Positions 1-11,849 of a DNA stretch of 64,000 bases are shown piece by piece. The stretch's first letter is position 1. Every line of letters begins with the position of its first letter. The position numbers and the translations under genes were made by a program. The stretch covers positions 79,624 to 143,623 of the forward strand of contig MU008226.1 in assembly GCA_010909165.1 (NCBI GenBank). The letters are read 5' to 3'. Source of the stretch: Anthoceros angustus. Taxonomy: Eukaryota > Plantae > Anthocerotophyta. The notes below the pieces were generated by a model, which had not been told where the DNA came from, ran no database searches, and was given only the letters and a program-made list of their open reading frames with translations.

Positions 1-96
1 ATGCAAGAGCTCAAGCCAGCGCAACGCTATGAGTTGAAATCAAGGCGACGGTCCGGAACCCATCTACGAGGCGTCTGGTGAGCAAATCTGAATCTG

Positions 97-2670
97 GTGG
101 GCCTTGAGTGTCGGGAACTTTCTGAGCGGTGGTCGGGCGTCAGCTCAGATTTTCAGCACGGTGCTTCCACGAAAAAGAAGGGGTCAAGGGCTTTGGGCGG
201 AAGCGCATGCGGAGACTATCGACCTATCAACGGCCAGCCAGACGGGTACCCTATCTGCAAACACGAGGAGCTGTTTGACAACATAAGCGAGTCAACATTC
301 TTATGCGCTGGATTTGAGGCGAGGATTCAACCAAATCCCTATCGCGGAGGAGGACATTCACAAGACCGCTTTCATGGCTCTCGGCAGTGGGAGTGGCTGG
401 TTATGCCCTTCGCCTTGAACGCACGTCACCTTCCGGTGATGGACAAGGTGTTAGCGAGCTGCTAACATCGCATGTTCTCGATGACGTCTAGTACATAGCC
501 CGGACTTTGAGTCACACAGAGCATCTCAAGACCTATTCAAGAGGCTAAGGAAGGCGCACTCATGCCACCCGCCAAGTGTGAGTTTGGCATGGACAGTGGC
601 ATATTTAGGCCATCGCATTGTGCCTAGCAGGGTTATGCCACATGCGGCAAAGGTCTGTGCCATTATGCGGTAGCACCACCCACCGCATGTGCCCTCGAGC
701 TTCCTAGGACTCTGCCAACTATTATCGGTGTACATACAAGGTTTTAGCGGCAAAGAGTTGAGCGACTGTTGCGAAAGGATGTGCAATGGGAATGGAACGT
801 AGAGTGCCGGGAAGCATTGAACGCTGAAGGGTAGGTTAGTGGACCTGCCAGTCATGGCGGACCCAACTTCGATGAGCCTTTCGTGCTGCACACAGATTGG
901 AGCAATCTGGGGCTGGGAGCTGTGTTGGCTCAGGTGGATGAGCGGAATCATGAGCGAGTAGTGGCGTATGCTTCCAGGAGTAACAACAAGGCCGAGGCCA
1001 ATTATGGCGATTCTGAAGGAGAATGCGGTCAGATATGGGGTGTGTGTCATTTGCGTATCTCGGTAGGAAGTTCACGTTGGATCGATCACCCCACCAAGTG
1101 GCTCATGACTAACACAAAACTCAGTGGCAAATTAGCAAGGTGGGCAATGACCCTGCAAGACTATGACTTCGACATTGTGCACAGGCCGGGGGTCTGCCAT
1201 CAGAATGCTGATACTCTGTCCCGAAACCCTATTGGCAGCGACCTGGATAACATGGAGGCTCGACAGGACCATGATGAAATACCCTCCCGTTGCAGCGCTG
1301 GTGGCCATGGTGGTACTGGGGCAGGCATGTGAAGCAGGGATCATGCGCGCACAACAAGACATATGGAGGGACTCGGTCACCTTACATTACATACTGGTGG
1401 GCCGGCTACCGCAGGAGTGTGCACGGCTGAGCGGGAGCGAATCCAGAGCTGCCGGTATCAGGGTGACAACTATCACAGTCGGGCGAGCAGCGGTGAAATT
1501 AGTACCACCACCACACGGCGAGGGCTGGTTAACCGTGTTCATGAAGGCATGGGGCATTACAGGGTCAAGCGAACTTACGTTTGCGACCCTCATTTCCATT
1601 GGCATGGAATGTACTGTGCAAGTGAGAGAGCGGTGGCAGTGCGTGCGGTGTGGCGGTGAAAGCTAACTTTGGGACACTCACTCATCGCACCTTTTGTCCA
1701 TCATGGGACTTTTCTACGGTGGTCCTGCGACACGCTAGGTGAGTCACGCGTACACCCGTGGAAATGTATACGTCATGGTAATGATCGAGCATTTCTCCAA
1801 GTGGGTGGAGTTGGTGGCCCCTGCGACAAGTCATCACGCAGACACTATGGCATTCCTACAAAATGTTCTTAGCGGTTTGGCGATTGCGGAGTGCTTAACC
1901 GACCAAGGCTCGAGTTCTGATTCGGGACTTGACTTGACTTACCGATTGATCACAAACGGACTAGTCGCGATCACCCGGCAGCCAGGCTGAGAGATATACA
2001 GACCACCAAGAAAGGACTCCAAGCTTTGTATATGACTACTACTTAAGGCAGTTATTTAGCCTTGCCCTACATTGCCATGGGTTACGTGGATGAGCAAACA
2101 CGCCTCCTTGGCCCATTTCTCGCCTTACTTCCTCTGCTTGGAAGGGAACTGTACCCCAGTTGCCATAGCGAGGATGCAAGAAGTGTTGCGGTGGGATCCC
2201 ACTACAGGCCAAGGCAATCGGTGGCGGGCCAAGCTATTTCGGAGGGTGATGCCGATGGCAATGGCCAACGCATTGCCCAGCAGGATACCCGCAGATACCC
2301 ACACAGGGCGGAAACTTCCGGCCCAAGGTCCCAAGTTTCATCCGAGACTATGTGTACTTGCAGATGCACTCAAGACACATTGGATTCGAGGGCTAGCCAG
2401 CATGTGCTCCGTGTGAAGGAGGTCAAGGACAATGGGGTATTGGTGTTACAAGGCGGGGTCACTGCATCACCTCAAGAATTGCGCCCACACCGCCAAACCT
2501 CGACCCCACGATTGTCACCACAAATTGATACCACCCGGACTACCCATGTATGCCGACGAGTGGATGACGCGAACTCATGTTGTGTGATGGGTGCAACGCG
2601 GTTTCCATTTATTTTGCTTAACACCACCAGGAAGATGTGCCGAGCAATGCGGTCGCCCCCAATTGCAGGG
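97..2670 (+). mobile_element. Ty3/Gypsy retrotransposon pol remnant (RT-RNase H-integrase-PHD), heavily frameshifted
   Basis: RT: CGDYRPIN, KTAF/WEWLVMPF, xLDD at ~477-488, KCEFG, YLGH. RNase H: LHTDWSNLGLGAVLAQ...VVAYASRSNNKAEANY, LSGKLARWAMTLQDYDFDIVHRPG (883-1250). Integrase: HEGMGHY, YVMVMIEHFSKWVE, LTDQGS. The RT-RH-IN order is diagnostic of Ty3/Gypsy. Confidence 0.95.
2542..2667 (+). pseudogene. PHD-finger coding segment at the integrase C-terminus
   Basis: Allowing frameshifts it reads HVCRRVDDA..MLCDGCNAGFHLFCLTPP.EDVP...PNC, a C4HC3-like pattern. The first Cys and the W-x-C are damaged. Confidence 0.8.
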
Positions 2671-2750
2671 TATCCTCATCCAACTGCTAATGGTACCTCG
2701 GAGTCAATAATGGTCGCTCATTTTGGCACCGGGTCGCCAAACCGGGGAGG

Positions 2751-2930
2751 GAGTTTTCACCTAGTTGTCGCCATCGCACTATCACGATGGGCGCACTGCT
2801 AGATCGAAGGATGCCAAGACAAAGCCCCTCACCGCTTTTGACTACGACAAAGACGCAAAGAAGGTCCGTGAGTTGCTAAGAACCGCCGCATCATGAGTTC
2901 ACAGCTCGAGGCTAGGTGTATTTCACACGA
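2751..2930 (+). repeat. ~180-bp direct repeat, copy 1 (copy 2 at 3574-3752)
   Basis: GAGTTTTCACC..TTGTCGCCATCGCACTATCACGATGGG...CTCGAGGCTAGGTG is present in both places. Confidence 0.9.
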
Positions 2931-3573
2931 CAAGTCGGCGCCGATCGTCCGGTCCACATGCCCAAGGTAGGATAGAGCGTATCACTGCTCATTTGTTATT
3001 TAGATAATAAGTGAGACGGGAGGTAGTTAGTTGAAGCCGCTTAGGGTTAGGTTAGCCACCACGTGGCTCGCACTTGATCATCACCGGATGGGCACTAGGT
3101 CACACTAGCAGGTTTCACCAGTGGTCAGCCAAGGACGGGCTTGCAAATCCCATGAGCGGGTGACGCGCTGGCGGATCAACACAAGTCCCTGGACGTCGAC
3201 TCCAAAAGCATTATGTGCGTGGACGGCCATCCCCGCATGGGAAAACAGGATGAACGCCAGAATCGCAGAGAGAACCAACATAAGTGCAAGCCCTCGCCTT
3301 AGGAGATCGTTGTTAGAAGTCATAGTCGGAAACCGGTGAACGCTCGAGCTCGCCGAGTAGTCGCTCACGCAAACAACTTGTCAATTCGCATTCAATCTCG
3401 CGAATCGGAGTGTACGCCGTGGGAGTGATTGACGCTTGTGGGCATGAACGGTCAGATTGCTATGCACTCATCAACTCAACAGAACCCGCAACGCGGTATC
3501 GCTGATCGTGCTTGCCCGAGCTAACTCCTCACGACCTTTGGGGAATGCAACCGAGGTCTAAACAAGTCGGAGT

Positions 3574-3752
3574 GAGTTTTCACCCGTTGTCGCCATCGCA
3601 CTATCACGATGGGCCACCGTTAGATCGGAAGGATGCCAAAGACAGCCCTCACTGCTTTTGACTACGGCTAAAGACCGCAAAGAAGGTCCTGAGTTGCTAA
3701 GAGGCCGCGCATCATGAGTTCATGGCTCGAGGCTAGGTGCATTTCGCATCGA
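3574..3752 (+). repeat. ~180-bp direct repeat, copy 2
   Basis: High visual similarity to 2751-2930. Confidence 0.9.
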
Positions 3753-3754
3753 CA

Positions 3755-4850
3755 TCCATTCGGCAGGACTGTGACCAAGGGGTCCTTGGCCAGGAACAAT
3801 CGGACGCATGTGAGGCCCAAGCACGGGCAGAGGACCTCTGCAGGAGGAGGGGGGTAGCGCCGAAGGAAGCAGAGGAGGCCAGAGGGCAAGCGGAGAGGGC
3901 GCGGGACCTGGCTGAGGTGGCTAGGCGGAACAACACCAAGCCGTGGAGGCCTGTGCGGCACATGAAGTGAAGCCACGCAGCTAAACCGACCGGGATCACT
4001 ACCGGAGGGATCGGAATCGGTGGAGGGAGATACAGGACCGCGCTAGCTTGAAGGCGGAACAGGAGGCGGCGGAGCAGGCTAGGGTCGCCGGGTAGAGGAG
4101 AAGGAGGCCAGCAATAAGGAGATGGAGGATCTTCGGACTCCGATTGCAAAGCGGGAAGAGCAGAGATGGAAGACCGCAAGGAAACCTTGGAGCTGCGGCT
4201 CCAAGAGACAATCGAGCGGCGGGTTTACGGGGCGTGATCGCGGATCACGAGCGCGAGATAGAGCGTCTCGGGCCGGGCCAAGGACCGAGAGGTGAGGCAT
4301 GGCGGAATAAGGAGCAGACGGCAAGATAGAAGAACACGGAGCGGAATGAGTGAGCTAGGACCGCTGGAAAGAGATGGCGGAGCTCAGGCCGTAATGAACG
4401 GAGGAGCAAGAGCCCGGACGCAGAGAAGAAGCTACGTGGTTATGGAAGTGGAGGGAACGCCGGCCATGGTGTAAGCTCGGCGCTGGAGCGAAACGACGTG
4501 AGCCGGAGAGTGCAGAGCATCAGCGATTGCGTGGAGGTAACAGAGCCTCCCCTCGGCTCATGAGACTGCCTACCCACCGACAAACCCGGCAGGGAGACGA
4601 CCGCAAGCCTGACAAAGACGCCAGCCTCTGGAGCACCTATGGCGAAGGAGTACGGGTTCAAGCATGTGGAAGAGGCAATCCAAGAATCAACTCGACTAGC
4701 CTACTACCACGCCGAGCTCCTCAAGGCATTGGAAGCTTCCAAGGCGCCCAACGAATCGGATGAACCTCAGGAAGGCTCAAGGCGAAGGGCATGGACAGCA
4801 CGGGGGCCTTTGGTGGCCTGTTTGGGACGACGGCACAAGTGAGAAGAGCC
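3755..4850 (+). pseudogene. E/R/A-rich coiled-coil accessory ORF remnant (family copy A)
   Basis: DHYRRDRNRWRE at ~3995-4030 and HVEEAIQESTRLAYYHAELLKALEA at 4660-4740. The same motifs recur at 20.5-21.6, 46-47.3, 59.3-60.4 and 62.2-62.65 kb. Confidence 0.7.
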
Positions 4851-5024
4851 CCAGAGGAGGCAGACGCGCCAACACAACCGACCTGGAGGTGTGACAGCCA
4901 GCAACCAATGGGGAGGATAGGGACGAGGGTCCCGAAGGAGGTGAGAAAGGAGGAAACCAACCGGATCCGAGCCATGGAAGGAGCCAGCAAGATGGACCCC
5001 AATGAGGTGGTCCGAGGTTGGGGG

Positions 5025-5190
5025 TCAGGACTTGAGGACCTCGACTGTAATAAGTTCGGACCTCGAGGTCCGAACCTGGAGATGAGACCGGACTTGACCG
5101 GACTGAAATAAGTCCCAACTCTGAAGTTTGGACTGAGCGAGCCGGGACCGAGGTCCCGGACTCAGAGGTGAGGGGACCCTCCGACTCAGG
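5025..5190. repeat. Degenerate GGAC/GTCC short-repeat tract
   Basis: Contains GGACCTCGAGGTCC, GACCGGACTTGACCGGAC and GGACCGAGGTCCCGGAC. Confidence 0.75.
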
Positions 5191-5199
5191 CTACGATGA

Positions 5200-5700
5200 G
5201 AATCATACAAGCTCTAGCAATATGTGTTGCATTACATTCATAATAGAAAGTACATGCCTTTATGTAGGCAAGGTAGTTGTAACCAATAAGTGGTTGTAAC
5301 AACTAACCAATTAAATAACTACTAAAAGAAACTACCTAGAGCCCTAAGGACTAAATTAATTATTAAGTCCTAGGTGCCCTAGTGAAGAGTGCCCTAATAG
5401 TAAGCTATTTTATCACTCCCACTCACTATGAACTAGGGGTGATTTTCGACCAAAAGAGGTCTAGGAAAACTAGTCTAGTAAAAACTAGTCCCTAACTAAA
5501 CTTTACTTAAAGGCATAAAGTAAAACTTAAGGTAAAACTGAAAGTAATAATCACTATTAAAATAACTCCCACTTAAGGAGAACGAGATGAGAAACTAATA
5601 ACCCAACTTCAAGAATAGGTGGAATTAAAACTAATTAAAAGTATTTAAGCGGATTTATATATAGAGGAAAATCCAGAAAATACCTAATTTCCGAAAAGGA
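5200..5700 (+). promoter_or_regulatory. AT-rich tract ending in TATA-like TATATATAG (5656-5664), upstream of a GC-rich ORF region
   Basis: Composition shift plus the motif; function is inferred only. Confidence 0.35.
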
Positions 5701-5770
5701 AAATCAAAAGGATAATGGATAATACCCCTTCTTCCTCAAACTTCACGAAACGCGATCGACAACTTGGTGG

Positions 5771-6555
5771 TTGGTACATGTGATGGCGATGGCGGAGGGT
5801 GGCTACCGGACAAGGCGCGCCCAATCCACACGGGAGGAGGCGCCACGGGGCGCCATCGCCTGTCGAGCCCCGCTGCCCTCTCTCCGCCGGGCCGAGGGCC
5901 GCGCGCCTTCCCCATCTGTCCGGCCCTGCAAGGGCGCTCACGGCGCTGGGCGCCCAAACAAAAGAGAGGGCGCCCCTACCGATGCCAGTCGTGTCCCCGC
6001 TGGTGATGAAGAGTCTCGCCCAGACTCGCCTTCCTGCCTTTCGAAAGAAATCTCCGCATTTGTCATTGATCCGACCTCATCCTCGGAGGATGAACAACCG
6101 AGATGCCTAAGGATCCTAGGGACGCGCTCCCAAGAGGGAAAGCTCAAGTCCAAGTGTAAGATTGCGTCATTTTCTCGCCATGTCTTCTGCCATGTCTTCA
6201 TTTGTGAAGCAATTCTGGATGTGCTCACCAAAGGGGAGGAAGCCCTAGGTGATGAGGACGTGCCTCCCTCTCAATGAATGATGCTCCGCCGCAAAAAGCC
6301 CACCTGCCAAAAGTGTTTGTAGGAAAGATTGCCCATCTTATGCTTCTAAGAAGAAGCTATGACACAAGTGGATTACAAGGATGCTATGACTTGATGGATA
6401 AGAGGCGACACTTGTGTGGCCGACGCTTGGATGGGTGGAGACGGCATGGGAGGATAGGAAGGGGAAAAGAAAGGTGCAATATATTAAATAAGGGTTATCC
6501 AAGATTTAAGCATCCTAATTTCTATATGAGTTTTAGGATCAATAACCTAGCATAA
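5771..6555 (+). pseudogene. Unknown ORF remnant, probably TE accessory
   Basis: Abutting ORFs 5771-6277 and 6274-6555. Weak resemblance (LGWV) to 30520-30830. No recognised domain. Confidence 0.25.
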
Positions 6556-7024
6556 ATTTTCTGCGTTGATGCGGTGTAAACACATTTTGTTTCCCTAAGT
6601 GTATTAAAGACAAAAACATGGGCTATTATAAGCGAATTCTACCAAAAGGTGACCAGGAAAATAAAGTATACATACTCACCTTAGGTTTAAGTGAAAAGGA
6701 GATGTCCGGACTCCTATATATGTGAGGAAACTACCATCCACATGATAAAAATAGCAAGTCTCCCATGTGAGGAATTTCAGGACATATCAAACATATTTTC
6801 CGTAGGTGCCTTTGGTGCTAAGGGAATTTATTGTTTTAATCACATAAATACTGCTTAAATATTATTTTTATTTTTAATATAAATATTCCAGGTTCTATGT
6901 TGGCCGTCTATGAAGAGGAAGGCGGGATGACCTAAGCTATTTTGAGATAGAAGAAGAAAATGTTCAGAAAAATAGTAAGACAATAATTTTTGGGCTAAGA
7001 TTTTAAGGTTATCTTAAATCGGCC

Positions 7025-8640
7025 CTAAGGCGCTAGGGTGAGTATTAGGTTAAAGGTTTGGACGGTGTCCATTATACCCAAACATTTCATGTGTTTCCTA
7101 TGTAACTCAATTCCCAATGACTTTGTTAATAAATCGACATTGTCTAAAGTTTGAACATAACTAATATTTATGGTTTGATCTTCTAACTTTTCCCTTATGT
7201 AGTGATACTCAACAGCTATATGTTTAGTTCTAGAATGAAAAGATTTCGCAAGTGCAATGGCACCGCTATCACTAAACAAAGATGTAGGCTTAAGTTGAGG
7301 ATGGTGAAGTTCACTCAAAACTAACTGGACCACACTATGTCTTTAGAAGAGGTTAGTACCATAGTGATTCAAGATTGACAAAGCTATAGTAGGTTGTTTC
7401 TTACTTGACCAGGATATTGGTGCTCCTCCTAAGAGTAATACATACCGATCTGATTGTGTGTCGGTCACTAAAGATAGCATCGATATGCCGTTAGAGTTAA
7501 TGTGTTGATAGCTGGTGTATGCTTGAACATCACCCCGTGTACATAGTGCCTTTAAGGTATCCGAATATACGCTCAGACATCCAAAGCTCACGCCTGTGGT
7601 TCTCCAAGAATTGTGAGCGAACTGACTTCAAAAGATATATCTGGTCTCGTAAAATTGCATAAATATATTAGAGTGCCAACAGCATGTCGGTATGGAACTG
7701 CTGACATTTCTAGCTTTTCTTCAGTTGTTTTGGGACTCATATCCGAGGTTCTAACACCACTTGCAAAAGGTGTGGTGCAGTGCTTTGCATCCTCAAGTCC
7801 AAATTTAGCTAAACTCTCCTTAATATACTTGGTTTGAACTATACTTAGAGTCTTATTACCTCTATTTCGTATAATATTAACACCAAGTGCATATGTCATT
7901 TCTCCTAGATCGGACATCTCAAATAGAGTCCTAAGCCATGCTTTAGTTTCGCTAGGAGAGTGAGGGAGTTTGTTGCCATAAAACATCATCAACATAAAGT
8001 AGAAGATAAAATATATCATTGCGGATATTAGGATGTACATACAAGCATCACCGGCTTTGCTTAAATCCTCTCCCAATAAGTTGTACATGTATGGTTAAAT
8101 TCCAATTCTCGAGCTTAAGGCCATACAAACCTTTGATGAGTCGGCATACCCAATCTTCTTTGCCTTTGACAGAACCTCGGGTTGTCTCATGTATATTTCC
8201 TCTTGCAGCGCCATACAAATATGTCTTAACATCCATCATGTGGAGTTCAAGATCATGTTGGGCACATAAGGCAAATATCATTCAAGTGTGGCAAATTTAC
8301 ATAAGTGGCCCAAGGTATGTAATCTAGACCAGAATTTGTGTAAAACCTCGCTACTAGACGTGCCTTATACCTTTCTATAGAACCATCTCCTTTTCTTTTA
8401 ATTTTGAATACCCATTTGCTGGTTACTATCTTCCTACCCCTAGGTGGTTTGACCAATTCCCATGTAGAGTTATTAACTAGGGAATTATATTTAATCTATG
8501 CTACCTTCCATAAGTCTTTTCGGAGAAGAGAAAGCTTGTTTTAAGGTAAGAGGTTCTTCCGGGTCTATAGTTGCCTTGTAGAGCCTTGAGAATAAAGTGA
8601 TATAGGGGTATAGGATCATCAAAACAGCTAGGTATCCTAA
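7025..8640 (-). mobile_element. Ty1/Copia RT-RNase H fragment
   Basis: EEPLTLKQAFSSPEKDLWK, KWVFKIKRKGDGSIERYKARLVAR, MDVKTYLYG, LYVDDV (frameshifted context), YRHAVGTLIY, ISWSSKKQ, HSRTKHIAVEYHYIRE. No PPT or LTR seen after the RNase H. Confidence 0.95.
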
Positions 8641-11120
8641 AGGAGGTTCCTTCCAACCGCCTCCCTTAGGTACACGCCTCCCCTCTAGGCTGCCTCCCTA
8701 TGGTAGGGCCTCCCACCTCAGGCTGCCTCCCACGGCGGTGAGGTGGCGCCTCCCTACCGTAGTAGGTTGCCTTCTTCCTCCCTGCTTCCTTATGGCACTA
8801 TGGGCCCTCTCGCCATTTCTTCTCCAAACTCCTGAGTCCATATCGCCGACCTCATCAAAGTCTAAGGCCCTAGCTTAATGCATGAGGGCCTCCCTATCAT
8901 CATCGTGTGGCCCAAGCATCCTCCTCTTCACAATTATTGTAGGCCTCCACACACACCATGCCATCGCCCAATATTTTTGGCAATGGGTTTACTCCAAACT
9001 ACCACCATGCGCTTCATGAGTTGGGGTTTCTTGGCCTTGAAACCCTTCACGGCATCCACACCGGCTTCCGAACCAACCTCATCCTTGCTTGGCTCTTAGC
9101 AATCCCATGAGGAGAACAAACACCAAGCTAAGCACCAAGAACACTAAGGACGCCCCCTCTTAGAAGAAATTCACTCTCAAACCAAGCCAAGGCACACCAA
9201 GACCCAAGAAATTGATGCCACAAGAAAAGAGAACACCAAGAGGAGATGGCGGCATCACTCTTAAGAAGGCACACACAGTGTAGACACACAAGCTCTAGCT
9301 CACTCCCTCTCTGCACTTTTAGAGCTCAGGTCTTCTCATCGACAATTATAGCAACAGAGCTCCTAAATTGCAGCCATAGATTTGAGTGGTTGCTGCAAGC
9401 ATGTGGCCATATCCCATCCATTATTTAGCACAGCCAGCCATAACCTCTAATTTCTATCGTAGCCATCAATCCCCACCATGAATCTAAGGATCCTTTCCAT
9501 CCATCTTGCACAAATTCAAGACCCTAGTTGGTTTGCACCAAGAAGGCTCTTAAGTCATCAATCCTTCAGCTCTTGTGCAAGAGCAACATTCCCTGCATCT
9601 CCTTGGCCCTAGGCGCTCCCATAGAGACCATCCTACCCATCAAAACCCAAGGAAAAGCTCAATCCTCAGCCTCCAAAATCAGGCGCGCTACCGCAACTTA
9701 CTAAGAACTTTCCCAATCAGCTCCCCGTGTCTTTTGCAAATATAAGCTCATACTCCTCGCACAAAAGGCACCCCATCCGAGTACCGATCCGCCCATAGGA
9801 CGCTTAACTCGGAGTTCTTATATCCAACACCAAGTCTTGTGCATATCTTGCCACATACATTTTATCATTCATTATTGAACTCCTCACCAAGCTCCTATTC
9901 TCCACACTTCTCCTTAGCGAACTCCTCGACCAACTCTCGAATACCTTGCTGCCCAATTCTCGCGCCACCACAACGACCTCCTTCACACCTACTTGCAGCC
10001 AAGCGAATTTTGCCTTCATGATGCACACCCCATTGCGATTCCTTCACCATATTGCAGCCCATCGCAATACTACCTCGTGGTCACACTCCATCTTACCATG
10101 CAAATTCACCATGAGAGCTCCCATGGCCTCTCCTAGTTCAAAGACACGGCCCTATCATCCCATCCTCACATCATTACTCCACCGCAAGTACTTCCATGCT
10201 TCGACACGCCATGGCCTCCTCTTGCAAATGACTAGCATTCGTGAAGGATCGTAAATCTCACAAGTGGCCTCTCTCACTTGAGATGAGGCTCTCATATTTA
10301 TACCTCCATCACTCCACCTGAGCAAGAAGCTTCCTAGTGATGCTTGCCAAACTGCTTCGCTCCTCTTGATAATGTATTAGCAAGTACATTGCTCCTGCAC
10401 CATCTTCTCTGCCTTCTTCATCCTTCGCCTTGTGGCCTTCACCTGGCAACATGTGCTAGGCACTCTCCAATTCCCTTCCTGCCAGTAGGCTGCCTACCTA
10501 CCAACGCTGCCTACCTACTGGTCTTTGGGTACGCTATAGTGGGTACCCCACTCACCCTGTACGTGTTGTTCCTATCACGGTAGGGTGTGCACCTACCATG
10601 GTAGGCGTCCCCTATACACCATTTGGCCTATCCGCCTGCATCTCTTGAGCTCCTCTCTGGGGCTCGCTCATGGAGGTTTCCTCCTCCTCCTGACAACCCC
10701 TCGGGTTCTACCACCGCTTCCTCCTCTTCCTCGCAGTCCTCCAGCCTTGATGCCGCAGCGACGATGCTTGTCCTCAAAGTGTCATAAAAGGCAATGGTCT
10801 TTCCATGCTTGGCCTCGAGATGGACAATCTTGAATGGATGCCAAGAACCTTCCAGCTCCTTGCAATTTCCACACACACACCGGCCTTGACCTCGCCTTGC
10901 TCACAATTCCTCGGCTCTTATACCCTTGCTTTTCCAGACGAGTTTCCAATTCTGTGATTTGAAAGAAGGAATTCTCTAAGTTTCCACGATTCTTACATCT
11001 TCTCAGCAAGTTGAGAGTCCCTTCTCTCTCTTCAATTTTGACATGCCTTGCTCTTCCCAACACTCCTTTGGGCTTGGGCAAGCATTGCCTCCTTCCTTCT
11101 TCTTCTTCTTGTTGCACCCC
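8640..11120 (-). pseudogene. N-terminal part of a long accessory ORF (left arm), frameshifted; ends in PTxVG-type repeats
   Basis: Purine-rich codon-like minus strand. In copy 2 it runs on into the coiled-coil ORF (47300-45950). An inverted paralog lies at 25790-26100. Confidence 0.4.
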
Positions 11121-11439
11121 TACTTGTCTTGCCTATTTTCCTCTTCACGCTAGCTTGCCCCTCTTCTCTATCCACAGCAGGCACGTACACGCAATACGTG
11201 TGGGGCTCTTCTAGCTCTGGTGTGCGCCTTCCCGCAGTGCTTCCTCACCTTCAAGTTGTGACCTCCCACACATGCAGCAGATTATAAAGATAACTTGGGG
11301 TTAGGAATGGTAACTACCAATCTACTCGCCTTGGATATGCACCACGTGGCACCTTTTCTACAGTTGATTGAGTTTCCCAATTCCTCTTATACTAAGATAC
11401 TATTTCCCCTAGTTTCCTAACGGCCCAATCTAGCTTTTA

Positions 11440-11800
11440 ATTTCCTATCCTGACCCATTTATCTAGTCCACTATTGGTGGGCATATATAGTGGATATCTC
11501 CCTATCCTAATTTCCCTTTTAGCCGAGACGCCTTCAGTCACCCCTGTAGTCCGCCTTCCTCTTAGCCACTGTGTGGGGTTACTGCCGGGTAGTCTGCCAC
11601 CACCGCCTTCGGTGCCTTCCTATCTCGCCTGGGGTCATTTTGACCTTTCTTTCCTGATATCCTCTCGCCTCCTAACATCCTACAACTCCAGCTTCAAGAT
11701 TTCGAAAATTCCCTAGCATGATCCCCTTCAATGCCTTTAGCCAAAAAATCAAGTTCGTTTCTTCTCCCTTTTTGGGCTGGTTGCCCAAACTTTGCCCACA
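11440..11800. promoter_or_regulatory. Conserved non-coding module (CTATTGG..GCATATATAGTGGATATC...GGTCATTTTGACC...TAGCCAAAAAATC...TTGCCCAAACTTT)
   Basis: Copies at 38010-38365, 49960-50310 and, partial and inverted, 25050-25215. It contains a TATA-like box; direction is ambiguous. Confidence 0.55.
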
Positions 11801-11849
11801 CCAAAGTCGCAGCACAACAAAGACTTTTATTGGTGCCAAAGCCCATTAG

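Noticed and set aside
3041-3055. Telomere-like TTAGGGTTAGGTTAG
   Set aside because: Only one complete unit; consistent with chance.
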